From Candidatus Sungiibacteriota bacterium (GTDB lineage Bacteria > Patescibacteriota > Minisyncoccia > Sungbacterales > HO2-52-23), in the NCBI GenBank assembly GCA_016206285.1, contig JACQRW010000006.1, forward strand, positions 1 to 62,441: a stretch of DNA of 62,441 nt. Reading direction: 5' to 3'. How positions within the stretch are numbered: position 1 is the stretch's first letter; every line of letters starts with the position of its first letter. This document shows positions 1-9,214 of the stretch, piece after piece. Both the position numbers and the translations under genes were made by a program. The notes under the pieces were generated by a model. The model had not been told where the DNA came from. It did not search any database and was given only the letters and a program-made list of their open reading frames with translations.

Positions 1-466
1 GGGATGTATTGTCTATGGTGGTGGTTTCAATGATCTTGGTGATCTGAGTTATTGGTTGCAGGATGCGTTCGGTGATGCGGGTGATGATGGTTGGGGAGGG
101 GGACCCCTCGACTGCGCTACCCTCGGCCTGAGCTCGGGTCGAAGGCGGGGTAAAGGGTGCGGGTGGAGTTGGGGGTTCGGAGTCGGTTGTGGAAAGGGAC
201 GGGGTGGGTAAAGTTGATGGCTTGGGTGCGGGTTTGAGAGAAGGCGGAGGTATGATCTTGAGAAAGAAGTTGGCTATGGTGTCATTGGAGAAGAATGAGG
301 TGAAGGAGGAGAGGAGGCCTGCCTGCCGGTAGGCAGGGACTGCTTGGGTTTGTGATGCGGGAGTGGCTACGGATGCATGGGCTGTGGGGAAATCAACGGA
401 GAAAACAGCCTCTCTGCTGGTGAGAAGTAATACGAAAACAAAGATGGTTGCAGCGAATCGCGACAT
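1..466 (-). CDS. Partial CDS running off the left edge: secreted Pro/Thr/Ser-rich hypothetical protein (N-terminal part)
   Basis: Manual minus-strand read: ATG at 466-464, MSRFAATIFVFVLLLTS... with a signal-like N-terminus, frame open to position 1. Absent from the ORF track because no stop lies in the window. Confidence 0.4.
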   Translation of the reverse strand, partial: MSRFAATIFVFVLLLTSREAVFSVDFPTAHASVATPASQTQAVPAYRQAGLLSSFTSFFSNDTIANFFLKIIPPPSLKPAPKPSTLPTPSLSTTDSEPPTPPAPFTPPSTRAQAEGSAVEGSPSPTIITRITERILQPITQITKIIETTTIDNTS

Positions 467-570
467 CTGTATAGTCCTGTGTATACCTATCGGTGGACAG
501 AGTACAGTATATCACGCAAAAGAGGGTGGAAGAAGAGATGGTTATCCACAGGAGCGGGCCGGGATGGATG

Positions 571-601
571 AAAAAAACCATCCTTAGGGGGATGGTTTTT
601 T
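571..601. terminator. Bidirectional rho-independent terminator hairpin
   Basis: aaaaaaaccatcc-ttaggg-ggatggtttttt: stem flanked by an A-run and a T-run, immediately 3' of the 611..1276 gene. Confidence 0.6.
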
Positions 602-610
602 GGGGGGAGG

Positions 611-1276
611 TTAGGGCCGTTTCTGCTCGATTATCATGCCGCCATCGGCAGATCCCATACGGGGCGAAATATACGGACGCAAAAACCATAAAATAACAAA
701 CCCGATCAGCATGAGCGTGCCATTGATGAGAAACATAACACGAATGCCTGCAATGCTTGCAAGCAACCCGGAAAAAATACCGCCGAGCGCGGATCCGGCA
801 CCCACCGAAAAACTGGAAAACAGCGACCATTCGAACCCGATGTGCTCGCGATCCAGATGCCTGCTGAATATGGCAAAAAAAGGCGGCACAAACAGCGCAT
901 CGCCTATTGCCATCAACACCTGCAATCCGTAGATATGCCAGACTTCGCGGCTGAAATAGAAAAGGAAGGTTGCGATGGTAAAAATACACGCGCCGGCAAG
1001 CATGGCATTGTGATCGTCCATTTCGCCGCTCACGCGATCAAGATGCCGGGCCACCGGAAGCTGAAGCAGCGATTTCACGACCCAGTAGATCGCAATGGCA
1101 AACCCGACCACGGTCACGGCGCTCCCGCCGATATTGTTCAACACAAACACCGCAAACAGCGGCGTGGTCAATCCGGCTGCCGCAGTGAAAATAAAGTGAG
1201 CAAAAATAATAATCAGGATAACACTGTTGACCTTGGGAAACCGAAACATATTCGGAAATGAGAAAGTAATCTTCAT
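611..1276 (-). CDS. MFS-transporter-like membrane protein, half-size (about 6 TM)
   Basis: 221 aa, multiple hydrophobic helices, resembles the C-terminal half of an MFS permease. No N-terminal half is encoded upstream. Confidence 0.5.
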   Translation of the reverse strand: MKITFSFPNMFRFPKVNSVILIIIFAHFIFTAAAGLTTPLFAVFVLNNIGGSAVTVVGFAIAIYWVVKSLLQLPVARHLDRVSGEMDDHNAMLAGACIFTIATFLFYFSREVWHIYGLQVLMAIGDALFVPPFFAIFSRHLDREHIGFEWSLFSSFSVGAGSALGGIFSGLLASIAGIRVMFLINGTLMLIGFVILWFLRPYISPRMGSADGGMIIEQKRP

Positions 1277-1325
1277 ATGAGCTAGTATACCATAAATATC
1301 AGGACTTATGTGATTCGCCCCGAAT

Positions 1326-1393
1326 TGTCATCCCCGACTTGATCGGGGATCCAGGATCCCTGAATCTGGATTCCCGCCTGCGCGGGAATGACA
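1326..1393. repeat. GC-rich double-hairpin palindromic element, full copy (intergenic)
   Basis: tgtcatccccgacttgatcggggatccag + 11 nt + ctggattcccgcctgcgcgggaatgaca. Its reverse complement aligns with the uvrB copy at 22961..23029. Confidence 0.85.
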
Positions 1394-1425
1394 GGAAAGA
1401 GTCAGGCACGTAAGTTCTAAAGTTT

Positions 1426-2691
1426 TTAGACCTCGCCTTTCTCAAAAATTTTTACGGTGCCGTATTGGCCGTCGTAGCCAGGTTCGATATGGAGCCGGCC
1501 TTCGCGGACAGCCATGATGCCTTCGGTGATTTCCGGACGCAGACGCGCTTTCAGATCCCCGGGAGACACATCATACAGCACGGCAAATTCAGTGCCAAAT
1601 TCCTGTACTACGGAAAGATATTCTTCTTGCACTCCTTTGTTGATTGCGGATTTGACCCCGCGCGCTTCTGCAATAATCTCGTCAAGCGGCACCATATTGA
1701 GATACGGGATCGCATTGGCAGGGCGAACACCCTCCGGCCGGTCGGCAAGCTGCGATACGCGGTTGACCACGCCGACTGTCACAGGTTTTCCACAGACAGG
1801 ACACAGGTTGTGCAGTTTTTTGGTCTGATCCGGCGTAAGGCGGCTGCTGCAGACGCGATGTCCGTCGTAATGGTACATGCCTTCTTCGGGAAAAAATTCC
1901 ACGGTCGAAAGAAATTTTTTCTTATCTTTTGTTTTGAATGCATCCATGATGCCGCGATAAGAAAGACTGGTATCCAGTATGTTTGCTTCCCGCCCGATGC
2001 GGCGCAAGGAATGGCTGTCGGAGTTTGACATAAGCGCGAAGCGGTCGAGCGCCGAGAGCCGCCAATTCATGGCCGGGTCGCTGGAAAGCCCGGTCTCGAG
2101 CGCAAAAATATGTTTCGTGTACTCTTCGAAACACTCCTCGATAGTATCAAACCCGGACTTTGATCCGAACAGCGCAAACCACGGCGTCCAGATGTGCGCA
2201 GGCACCAGCACGCACTCCGGGTCCGCATCGAGCGCAATCTTGAGCAGCTCTTTGGGATCAATGCCAAGGATCGGCCTGCCGTCCGATTTGATATTGCCGC
2301 GTGCGTTTAGCACAGTGTTTATTTTTTCCGCAGCCGCGATCGAGGGCGCAAAAAGCAGGCTGTGAATCCGCCGCGCCTTGCCGCCCTTGGAATAGATGCT
2401 TGATATCTCGACCGTAAGCAGAAAACGGGTTTTTGAATCTTGATTTTGGTGCTTTGAATTTTTTTGGAATTTGTCATTTGAAATTTGAGATTTTAACATA
2501 TACAATCCCTGCTCCGCCGGTTCCAATTTCTTTTTAATTTCTTTGATCCACGCCGGGTGCGTAAAGTCTCCGGTACCCATGACCGTAATCCCCTTGAGCC
2601 CGGCCCAGTAATCCAGATTTTCCAAGGTCATCTGCTTTGACACCGCTCTGCTGTACGGCGAGTGAATGTGAAGATCGGCGATAATTTTCAT
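1426..2691 (-). CDS. PHP-domain nuclease, endonuclease Q-like
   Basis: N-terminal DLHIHSPYSRA PHP motif, about 420 aa, Cys cluster (C..CPVCG). Extended -10 (TGATACATT) lies 6 nt before the ATG. Confidence 0.65.
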   Translation of the reverse strand: MKIIADLHIHSPYSRAVSKQMTLENLDYWAGLKGITVMGTGDFTHPAWIKEIKKKLEPAEQGLYMLKSQISNDKFQKNSKHQNQDSKTRFLLTVEISSIYSKGGKARRIHSLLFAPSIAAAEKINTVLNARGNIKSDGRPILGIDPKELLKIALDADPECVLVPAHIWTPWFALFGSKSGFDTIEECFEEYTKHIFALETGLSSDPAMNWRLSALDRFALMSNSDSHSLRRIGREANILDTSLSYRGIMDAFKTKDKKKFLSTVEFFPEEGMYHYDGHRVCSSRLTPDQTKKLHNLCPVCGKPVTVGVVNRVSQLADRPEGVRPANAIPYLNMVPLDEIIAEARGVKSAINKGVQEEYLSVVQEFGTEFAVLYDVSPGDLKARLRPEITEGIMAVREGRLHIEPGYDGQYGTVKIFEKGEV

Positions 2692-2737
2692 ATAGCCAAT
2701 GTATCACAAGAATATAAAAGTAAAAACCGGGCATTGG

Positions 2738-3238
2738 CTATGCTCGGTTGATTGCGCTTGAAAGTGTTTCCGCTGCGCTCTTCATGAGCTCCAGCCCTTT
2801 TTTGCCCTCATATAATAACCAGGTAAAATCGGGCGGCATCCCCTTTACCGGCAAGGAAACATCATTGAGCGGCAGCGTTATCTGCCGTTTCTTTTTTGGC
2901 CCAATATAGACCATAAGCACAGAGGTAGGAACGTAAAAAACGCGTTCCTTAAATCCTGGCACTTCCTGGAAAAATAGAGAATAAGCGAATTGACTTATCC
3001 GATCTTTGTCTAACTCGGCAAAGGTTCTGTGCCGCCGATGAGATTGCAGATGGTACACATTGACCAAAAAAGGCCCTGCATAAAAAACAAGTTGAACCCG
3101 GGATGTATACTGTGTTTCAGTCTCCGCAACAGACATGCCTTGGCGCTGCATCTTTCGAATAACTTTTTGTACATAGGGAGCAAGTTGAGACAAGCGACTG
3201 TCACGAATATTTCTGCCAAGACGGCGATATGTGACCAT
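2738..3238 (-). CDS. Hypothetical protein
   Basis: ORF 2738..3283. The internal ATG at 3238 is preceded by a strong SD (AAAGGAGAGAG), so the shorter start is preferred. Confidence 0.4.
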   Translation of the reverse strand: MVTYRRLGRNIRDSRLSQLAPYVQKVIRKMQRQGMSVAETETQYTSRVQLVFYAGPFLVNVYHLQSHRRHRTFAELDKDRISQFAYSLFFQEVPGFKERVFYVPTSVLMVYIGPKKKRQITLPLNDVSLPVKGMPPDFTWLLYEGKKGLELMKSAAETLSSAINRA

Positions 3239-3297
3239 ATCTCTCTCCTTTTTCTTTTGAAAAGACCAACGTTCATGTACCATTCACTACCATATTA

Positions 3298-4419
3298 TCA
3301 CATGGCACGCAAGAGTTCGGCAGCCACGCCGACGATAATAACACCGAGAATCACATAGCTTGCGCTTGCCATGACCGGACTGCGGTTGTGTTGTTGCTGC
3401 CGGACTTTTCTACCCATCAGAAGAAAAAGTACGCCATCAATGCCAAATGCCACGACACCGACTATGCTGATGATTGCGATAAAATTTTGGAAGCCGGCGA
3501 GGTAAAACGCAAACGGAACCGCAGAAGCGACAAACCAGGCAAAACGGCGCGGCATGGTAAGATCAAGCGAGAGCAGCGCCTGAAAATTCGCCGAGAGCGC
3601 AATATACGAAGTGAGCACTGCCAAAAATCCGGCCGCGCTCGCCCACAGCGCGATATTGCCGCCAAGCACCTGCTGCAGGCCTGCGATCGCTTCGGTGCTG
3701 GTCGCCTGCCCGCTTACACCAACTACGGCAAACGCAAACAAAAAATACAGCGCGGTCGGAATAAGCGATCCGGCGATAATCGCAATCCTCACGCGCGTTT
3801 TGTTGCGGCCAAGGATGGTGATGAGATCTGGAATCACGCTCGCACCCGTAAGCGCAAAGAGCAGCACTCCGTAGGGCATGAACATATCCGGCCCGTGCAT
3901 ACCGGCAAGATTCGGCAGAGAAACTTTGGGCAGCAAAAACAGAGATATCCCCGCAATGAATGCTATCTCAAAAACAGTCAGTACGCCGTTGACGGCGGAT
4001 TCTTTTTTAATCGGGAAAATGGTGACCAAACCGACAGCACATACAAGTATAATCGCAAAAAAATCTACGCCAGCGCCCCCGGCAATGCGGCCTAAAATAG
4101 TGTGTAAAAAAAGCGCCCCCACTACCAGATAAGCCAGCAGCGTCCCGACTGTGCCGAAAAGCGTGGACCCCCACGATATGTTTGCGGCTTCGCGGCCCAG
4201 ATACCTGCGAATATAGCCGGGCATGCGGTGAAACTCCGGCGTGGCAAGCACTATTTCTCCATAAAGCAGATGCAGCGCCGTGGCGACCAGCGAGAGAACC
4301 CCAAGCTCAAAAACTCCGGGCCAGAATCCGGACTGTACAAATGAAAAAGGGATGGCAAACATCCCCACGCCGATAATCATGCCGGCCAAAAGCAATATGG
4401 ATTGGAGCAGGCGCAGCAT
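3298..4419 (-). CDS. Amino acid permease-like polytopic membrane protein
   Basis: 373 aa, about 11 hydrophobic helices, resembles aromatic amino acid/APC-type permeases. Confidence 0.6.
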   Translation of the reverse strand: MLRLLQSILLLAGMIIGVGMFAIPFSFVQSGFWPGVFELGVLSLVATALHLLYGEIVLATPEFHRMPGYIRRYLGREAANISWGSTLFGTVGTLLAYLVVGALFLHTILGRIAGGAGVDFFAIILVCAVGLVTIFPIKKESAVNGVLTVFEIAFIAGISLFLLPKVSLPNLAGMHGPDMFMPYGVLLFALTGASVIPDLITILGRNKTRVRIAIIAGSLIPTALYFLFAFAVVGVSGQATSTEAIAGLQQVLGGNIALWASAAGFLAVLTSYIALSANFQALLSLDLTMPRRFAWFVASAVPFAFYLAGFQNFIAIISIVGVVAFGIDGVLFLLMGRKVRQQQHNRSPVMASASYVILGVIIVGVAAELLRAM

Positions 4420-4423
4420 AGTT

Positions 4424-5011
4424 TTATGTTTCCGTTACTTTGTCGCGTTTGACCAGCTCCATGACTTTTTTCACAAGCGTTTTCGGATCGGAGTCAAGCA
4501 CCACTTTGCCGGGTCCCCGATGCGCGCGCTTGATCAAATCCTGAATGTCATCGGCAAGGCCTCCGGTGCCGGTAAGCACGCCAATGGGCTTGTCATCTTC
4601 AAATGCGATGGTAAATTCATTGAGCGTTCCCATGCGCCCGCATACGATCAGCACCGCATCGGCGGAGCGGGTGAGCAGCAGGTTGCGCCCGGCATACCCG
4701 AATCCGGTATAAATAATGATATCGTGATAATCGAGCGGAAGCCGGTATTTTTTTACATGTTCGACTTCCGATGCCGCAGGCGAAAGCCCGATCACGAACC
4801 CGCCGGCTTCCTTCGCGCCAATGGCACCCCAATACGGCTCTCCGGTTGTGGCACCGGTCACGAGCACCGCGCCCTGGTCAACAATTTCTCTTCCAAGCTC
4901 CTTTGCCTTTTCAAGCGCACCCGGTGCACAGTGTCCGGTTTCCGCAGCGCCGGAAATACAGAGCTTGTATTTCAGATGCATATGCTGGTCTGGTTTTGAT
5001 GCGTTTTTCAT
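4424..5011 (-). CDS. TIGR00725/LOG-like Rossmann-fold nucleotide-binding protein
   Basis: GAAETG...VLVTGATTG...GRMGTLNEF pattern typical of the LOG/TIGR00725 family. Confidence 0.7.
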   Translation of the reverse strand: MKNASKPDQHMHLKYKLCISGAAETGHCAPGALEKAKELGREIVDQGAVLVTGATTGEPYWGAIGAKEAGGFVIGLSPAASEVEHVKKYRLPLDYHDIIIYTGFGYAGRNLLLTRSADAVLIVCGRMGTLNEFTIAFEDDKPIGVLTGTGGLADDIQDLIKRAHRGPGKVVLDSDPKTLVKKVMELVKRDKVTET

Positions 5012-5017
5012 GGATAC

Positions 5018-5046
5018 AGTATAGAAGAAATAACCCGGGTTCGCAA
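5018..5046 (-). promoter_or_regulatory. Sigma70-like promoter, leaderless geometry
   Basis: Minus strand: TTGCGA-17 nt-TATACT-6 nt-ATG (start at 5011). Confidence 0.5.
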
Positions 5047-5158
5047 TATGAGAAGGATCTCATTGGCTTAAAAGCCGGAAACAAGATTCTTCTCCGTCTT
5101 CGCCAGTTGGCGAATGACGGATCAGAATGACCAAAGATAGTCAAGCGCGTAAGTCCTA

Positions 5159-6490
5159 TCAAATTTTCACCTCCTCATGCAATACAGGCACATCGGCCGG
5201 TATGCCCATGCGGTCGCGGATTTCCTGCGCGAGAAACATGGCTTCTGCCGGCTCGCCATGCACCACGAATACCCGCTTGAGCGTATCGCGCATGCGATCC
5301 GCAAACGAAAACAGCTGCGGACCGTCCGCATGCGCGGAAAACCCGCCGATTTTCCGTACCTCAGCCCGCACCGGTACGTCTTCTCCAAACATCCTGACAA
5401 CCGATGCGCCGTCAATCAGGCGCCTGCCGAGCGACCCGGCGCCCTGGTACCCGATAATGAGCAGAATGCTCTTTTCGTCCGGCAAATACCGCCGGGCATG
5501 GTGGAGAATACGTCCTCCGGTCATCATGCCGGAACCGGCGATAACCACTTTCGGCATGGGCACGTCGTTAATGGCCTTGGAATCCTCGACTGACTCGGTC
5601 AGGCGCAGCCGTTTGAATTTAAAAAGATTCGGGTGCGCCGCCATGAGCGCCCGGATATCTTCATGGTATTCGTCCGGATAGCGTTCGTATACTTCCGTGA
5701 TGCGGATTGCAAGCGGAGCATCCACAAACACAGGCATATCGGGAATCCGTTTAAAATGCATCATCTCATTAATAAGATGCAAAATTTCCTGGGTGCGTTC
5801 CGCGGCAAACGCCGGAATCATAAGCACTCCGGCGCGCGAACCGACATCTTCTATCGCCCGCTCAAGTTCCAGCTGCCGCTCTTGCGCAGACTCGTGCGTC
5901 CTGCTGCCGTAGGTTGACTCCGTAATCAAATATTCGATTCCCTCAATCGTGTCCGGCGGAGGCAGCAGCACCGAAGGAATGTTTCCAAGGTCTCCGGTAA
6001 AGAGCAGATGTTTTTTTTCGGCCCAAATCTCAATCAGACATGAGCCAAGGATATGCCCGGAGCGGCCGAAGCGGAATTCCACGTCCTCCGCAGTATTTTT
6101 TTCATAATACGGCACCGCATGCCAGATGCGGAATGCGGCTTCCAGATCTTCGGCGCTGAAAAGCTCGCGCCCCTCGCGCTGCGCCAGCCCCAGTGCGTCT
6201 TCGAGTATCAAACGGGAAAGATCTCTGGTTGCCGCAGTTGAAAAAATCGTACCGGAAAAACCTCTTTTCACCAGCAGCGGTATGCGCCCGATATGATCGA
6301 GATGCGCATGCGAGACCAGCAGCGTTTGCACCGAAGCGGGGTCAAACCCAAACTCCATAAAATTTTTTTGCTCGTGCTCCGCGCCTCCCTGAAACATGCC
6401 GCAGTCAATCAGCAGATTTGTCTTTTCGGTTTGGAGCAGGCAGCATGACCCGGTTACTTCCTGCGCCGCACCGTGAAATGATATGTTCAT
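5159..6490 (-). CDS. MBL-fold beta-CASP ribonuclease-like metallo-hydrolase
   Basis: HAHLDHIG metallo-beta-lactamase motif; size and C-terminal region match the beta-CASP RNA-metabolising family. Confidence 0.8.
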   Translation of the reverse strand: MNISFHGAAQEVTGSCCLLQTEKTNLLIDCGMFQGGAEHEQKNFMEFGFDPASVQTLLVSHAHLDHIGRIPLLVKRGFSGTIFSTAATRDLSRLILEDALGLAQREGRELFSAEDLEAAFRIWHAVPYYEKNTAEDVEFRFGRSGHILGSCLIEIWAEKKHLLFTGDLGNIPSVLLPPPDTIEGIEYLITESTYGSRTHESAQERQLELERAIEDVGSRAGVLMIPAFAAERTQEILHLINEMMHFKRIPDMPVFVDAPLAIRITEVYERYPDEYHEDIRALMAAHPNLFKFKRLRLTESVEDSKAINDVPMPKVVIAGSGMMTGGRILHHARRYLPDEKSILLIIGYQGAGSLGRRLIDGASVVRMFGEDVPVRAEVRKIGGFSAHADGPQLFSFADRMRDTLKRVFVVHGEPAEAMFLAQEIRDRMGIPADVPVLHEEVKI

Positions 6491-7539
6491 CAGTAATTGT
6501 TATATTTGTATTCGTCCACTACCCTGCCCTCCCGGTCTTTCAGCGTGACCGTTTCAAACCGCTTGTTGAAAAACGGGACTGTACGCTGCATCCAGACCAG
6601 CCACTGATCGTTGTAAAAATCCGGCCGCGATTTGTAATTTGCAACGCATCCGGCATAATTGAAATTTTGCGCGATATACTCCATGCACTCCGGACGCGTA
6701 GGGTCAACAAATTCGGGCAGCGGTCCGGTACGGCATCCGCCGATGCCGGAAATCACCCGTACGCACTGGTCGGACAAATTATGCAAGGTACGCGTATCGG
6801 TCGCCGGACAGCGATGCGAAAGCCCCGGAGAAAATTGCGCAGTCTCGTCAAAATACCCGGTACACATATTTTCCCGGAAATTCATGTTTTTACTCTGTCT
6901 GCCCACGCTGATAATTACGCGCTCGTGCGGGCGCAGTACGATCGGATCCAGCGGAGCCGCAGAAAACCCCGGCAGCCCGAATCCGAGCGGAACCACGTAA
7001 TTTTGTCCATGCTCCGTAGTGATTGAAAATCCGCTGACCAGAATGGTTTCGATATCGGTCCGATTGGTCACGGACATGCGCTCGTCCTGCACCTCGCCCC
7101 CGGACTGCACCCAATCAAAAAATATCTTGCCTTTGTACGGCGACGTGGTTGCCAGACCGCCGACAAACGGCGAACTCAAAACTCCGCCTGTCACCCCCGC
7201 ACTGCCGGCTCCGTCCTGCCTGCCGGTAGGCATGGCCTGCTGTGCGGCAATGATCTCGTTTGCCACACGCCGCGATTGCGGGCCGAAGTATCCGCCAATC
7301 GGCGCGATGCCGTGCGCCTGCTGGAATTTTTTCACCGCCTGGATCGTCCCGTTCAAATAATTGCCGGTCGCGGGAAGCGACAAATACCCCTGACTGCGCA
7401 AAAAATTCTGCAGCAGAATCACGTCCGGATTGCGGTACATGCCAAAATGCAGATTACGCGACAAAACCGTACCGGCCGACGCAACGAACGGCAGCGATAC
7501 CAACATAAGGCCTGCGAAAATACCGGACAATGTACGCAT
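6490..7539 (-). CDS. Secreted peptidoglycan-binding-domain protein
   Basis: Signal peptide plus PG_binding_1-like segment (LLQNFLRSQGYL...AVKKFQQAHGI). Confidence 0.6.
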   Translation of the reverse strand: MRTLSGIFAGLMLVSLPFVASAGTVLSRNLHFGMYRNPDVILLQNFLRSQGYLSLPATGNYLNGTIQAVKKFQQAHGIAPIGGYFGPQSRRVANEIIAAQQAMPTGRQDGAGSAGVTGGVLSSPFVGGLATTSPYKGKIFFDWVQSGGEVQDERMSVTNRTDIETILVSGFSITTEHGQNYVVPLGFGLPGFSAAPLDPIVLRPHERVIISVGRQSKNMNFRENMCTGYFDETAQFSPGLSHRCPATDTRTLHNLSDQCVRVISGIGGCRTGPLPEFVDPTRPECMEYIAQNFNYAGCVANYKSRPDFYNDQWLVWMQRTVPFFNKRFETVTLKDREGRVVDEYKYNNY

Positions 7540-7589
7540 AAATATATTTACGGACAGTATAGCAGATTTTTCCTTGCGCCGCCATTATA

Positions 7590-9209
7590 TCAATAGGTCT
7601 CTTCTTTCTTCTCTTTGAGAAACGAGAGAAACCCGTCAAAAAATTTCAACAGCAGCTTGAATGGGGTTTCAATGATAAAATCCATGATAAATACGAGCAG
7701 GTTGATCGAGGAAAACGTTTTACTCATCCAGCGTCCGACGCGCACGATCGGCAGCGTAAGCGCGCTTACGAACAATGACAGGCCGCCTTCGTCTTCGCTG
7801 ATGCGCACGCGCCATTGCTGTGCCGTATACCGGACGCGGAAACCCAGATAGCTGACTACCGTCAGAAAAAACAAGAATAACGCGGCACTTACGGGATTAA
7901 AGTGCAGCCGATACAAACCCCATGCGATCAATCCGAATATGGCGCATACCAATACCGCATAACATGCGCCGAAAAACAGATGAAGGGCTCCTTTTGATTT
8001 TTTGGAGTTTAACCGAATGAGCTGTTTGTTTTCGCCATACAAAATTTCGCGCATGCCCGCGAGAACAAGCCTGGTATTTTCGGCTCCAAGCGGCGCAATA
8101 CTCCAGGTCATCGCGAGCAGAAGCAGCGGATGAAAAATAATATTTATCGCAAGCGCCGGATAATTGACCGCGTGCAAGATAAAAATTTCATACGGCAGCT
8201 CTCCTCCAGCAGCAAGCAAAATTTTCGTGCACATGATATAGATCACGGCGCGGATGCCGCTTTGCCGCGCCCGGCGGTTCGTTTTCTCATATTTCGGTTT
8301 GAGCAGTTGCTCCGCCTCCCTGGCGAGCAGCTCCGGATCGCCCATAATACGCTCCGTCGCAGCTCCATGCGTTTCCGCGATCTCCCGAATCAACGCAAAA
8401 TAGATCGCATGATTTCGAAGTTTTACGGAAAACTGATTTCCAAGCGGATGGTTAAGCGCGATATGCATCCGCTTCGCGAACAGGATATATCTGTCCGCGG
8501 AAATTGCGGAACTCTCGTCTTCTTCCGGCTCGATTGAAAGATTTTCATCGGCGGGCTGTGAGCGCACATCGCACCAAAATGCATATCTGATAACCTGGTC
8601 ATCATTGCGCAATAAAGTCCTGCGGCATGCAATATAGACTTGCGCGTTCAGTTCTTCTTCGGACAGTGGCGCATCGCAGCTGACCCGCGGCCTGATTGAT
8701 TCATAAAATGCTTTTGCAATCAGATCATCAATCACTGTCCCATACCAGAGTGCCTCAATCTCGCTTGCGGCAAGACCGATAATCGGCGCAAGTATCTTCT
8801 GGTCTGACGTACGGCTGCGAACCGCGCGTTCAAGCGCCGCATACGCATGCGCGATTCTCTGCACTTGGGCCGCGGCGCGTTCCGTGGCGCTTTCATTCGG
8901 CAAGTATCCTGCGCTCACCAATTCATGCACCAGCGAGCGCCCGACTTCTTTCTGCTGTTCAAAAACGAGCTTGCGCTTGAGCATGCGCTCAATGGCGCTG
9001 CGCCGGATCGTATGTTCTTCTTTGTGGTCAACAAAATACCGCATGCGCTCATACAACCCGCCAAGCCGGCTGGTAACCGCATGCACGCGGATCATCTCAT
9101 CGGCACCGTCCGCGGCCAATACTGCCGCATCGTGCGCCTTAAAACTCCGCAGAAAATCAGCAATTGGAGAAGATAGCATAAAATTTTCCAGTTTCCTGTT
9201 GCGATTCAA
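7590..9209 (-). CDS. Hypothetical membrane protein (C-terminal TM helices)
   Basis: 539 aa ORF with a TTG start; alternative ATG at 9179. No family recognised. Confidence 0.45.
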   Translation of the reverse strand: MNRNRKLENFMLSSPIADFLRSFKAHDAAVLAADGADEMIRVHAVTSRLGGLYERMRYFVDHKEEHTIRRSAIERMLKRKLVFEQQKEVGRSLVHELVSAGYLPNESATERAAAQVQRIAHAYAALERAVRSRTSDQKILAPIIGLAASEIEALWYGTVIDDLIAKAFYESIRPRVSCDAPLSEEELNAQVYIACRRTLLRNDDQVIRYAFWCDVRSQPADENLSIEPEEDESSAISADRYILFAKRMHIALNHPLGNQFSVKLRNHAIYFALIREIAETHGAATERIMGDPELLAREAEQLLKPKYEKTNRRARQSGIRAVIYIMCTKILLAAGGELPYEIFILHAVNYPALAINIIFHPLLLLAMTWSIAPLGAENTRLVLAGMREILYGENKQLIRLNSKKSKGALHLFFGACYAVLVCAIFGLIAWGLYRLHFNPVSAALFLFFLTVVSYLGFRVRYTAQQWRVRISEDEGGLSLFVSALTLPIVRVGRWMSKTFSSINLLVFIMDFIIETPFKLLLKFFDGFLSFLKEKKEETY

Positions 9210-9214
9210 AAAAA

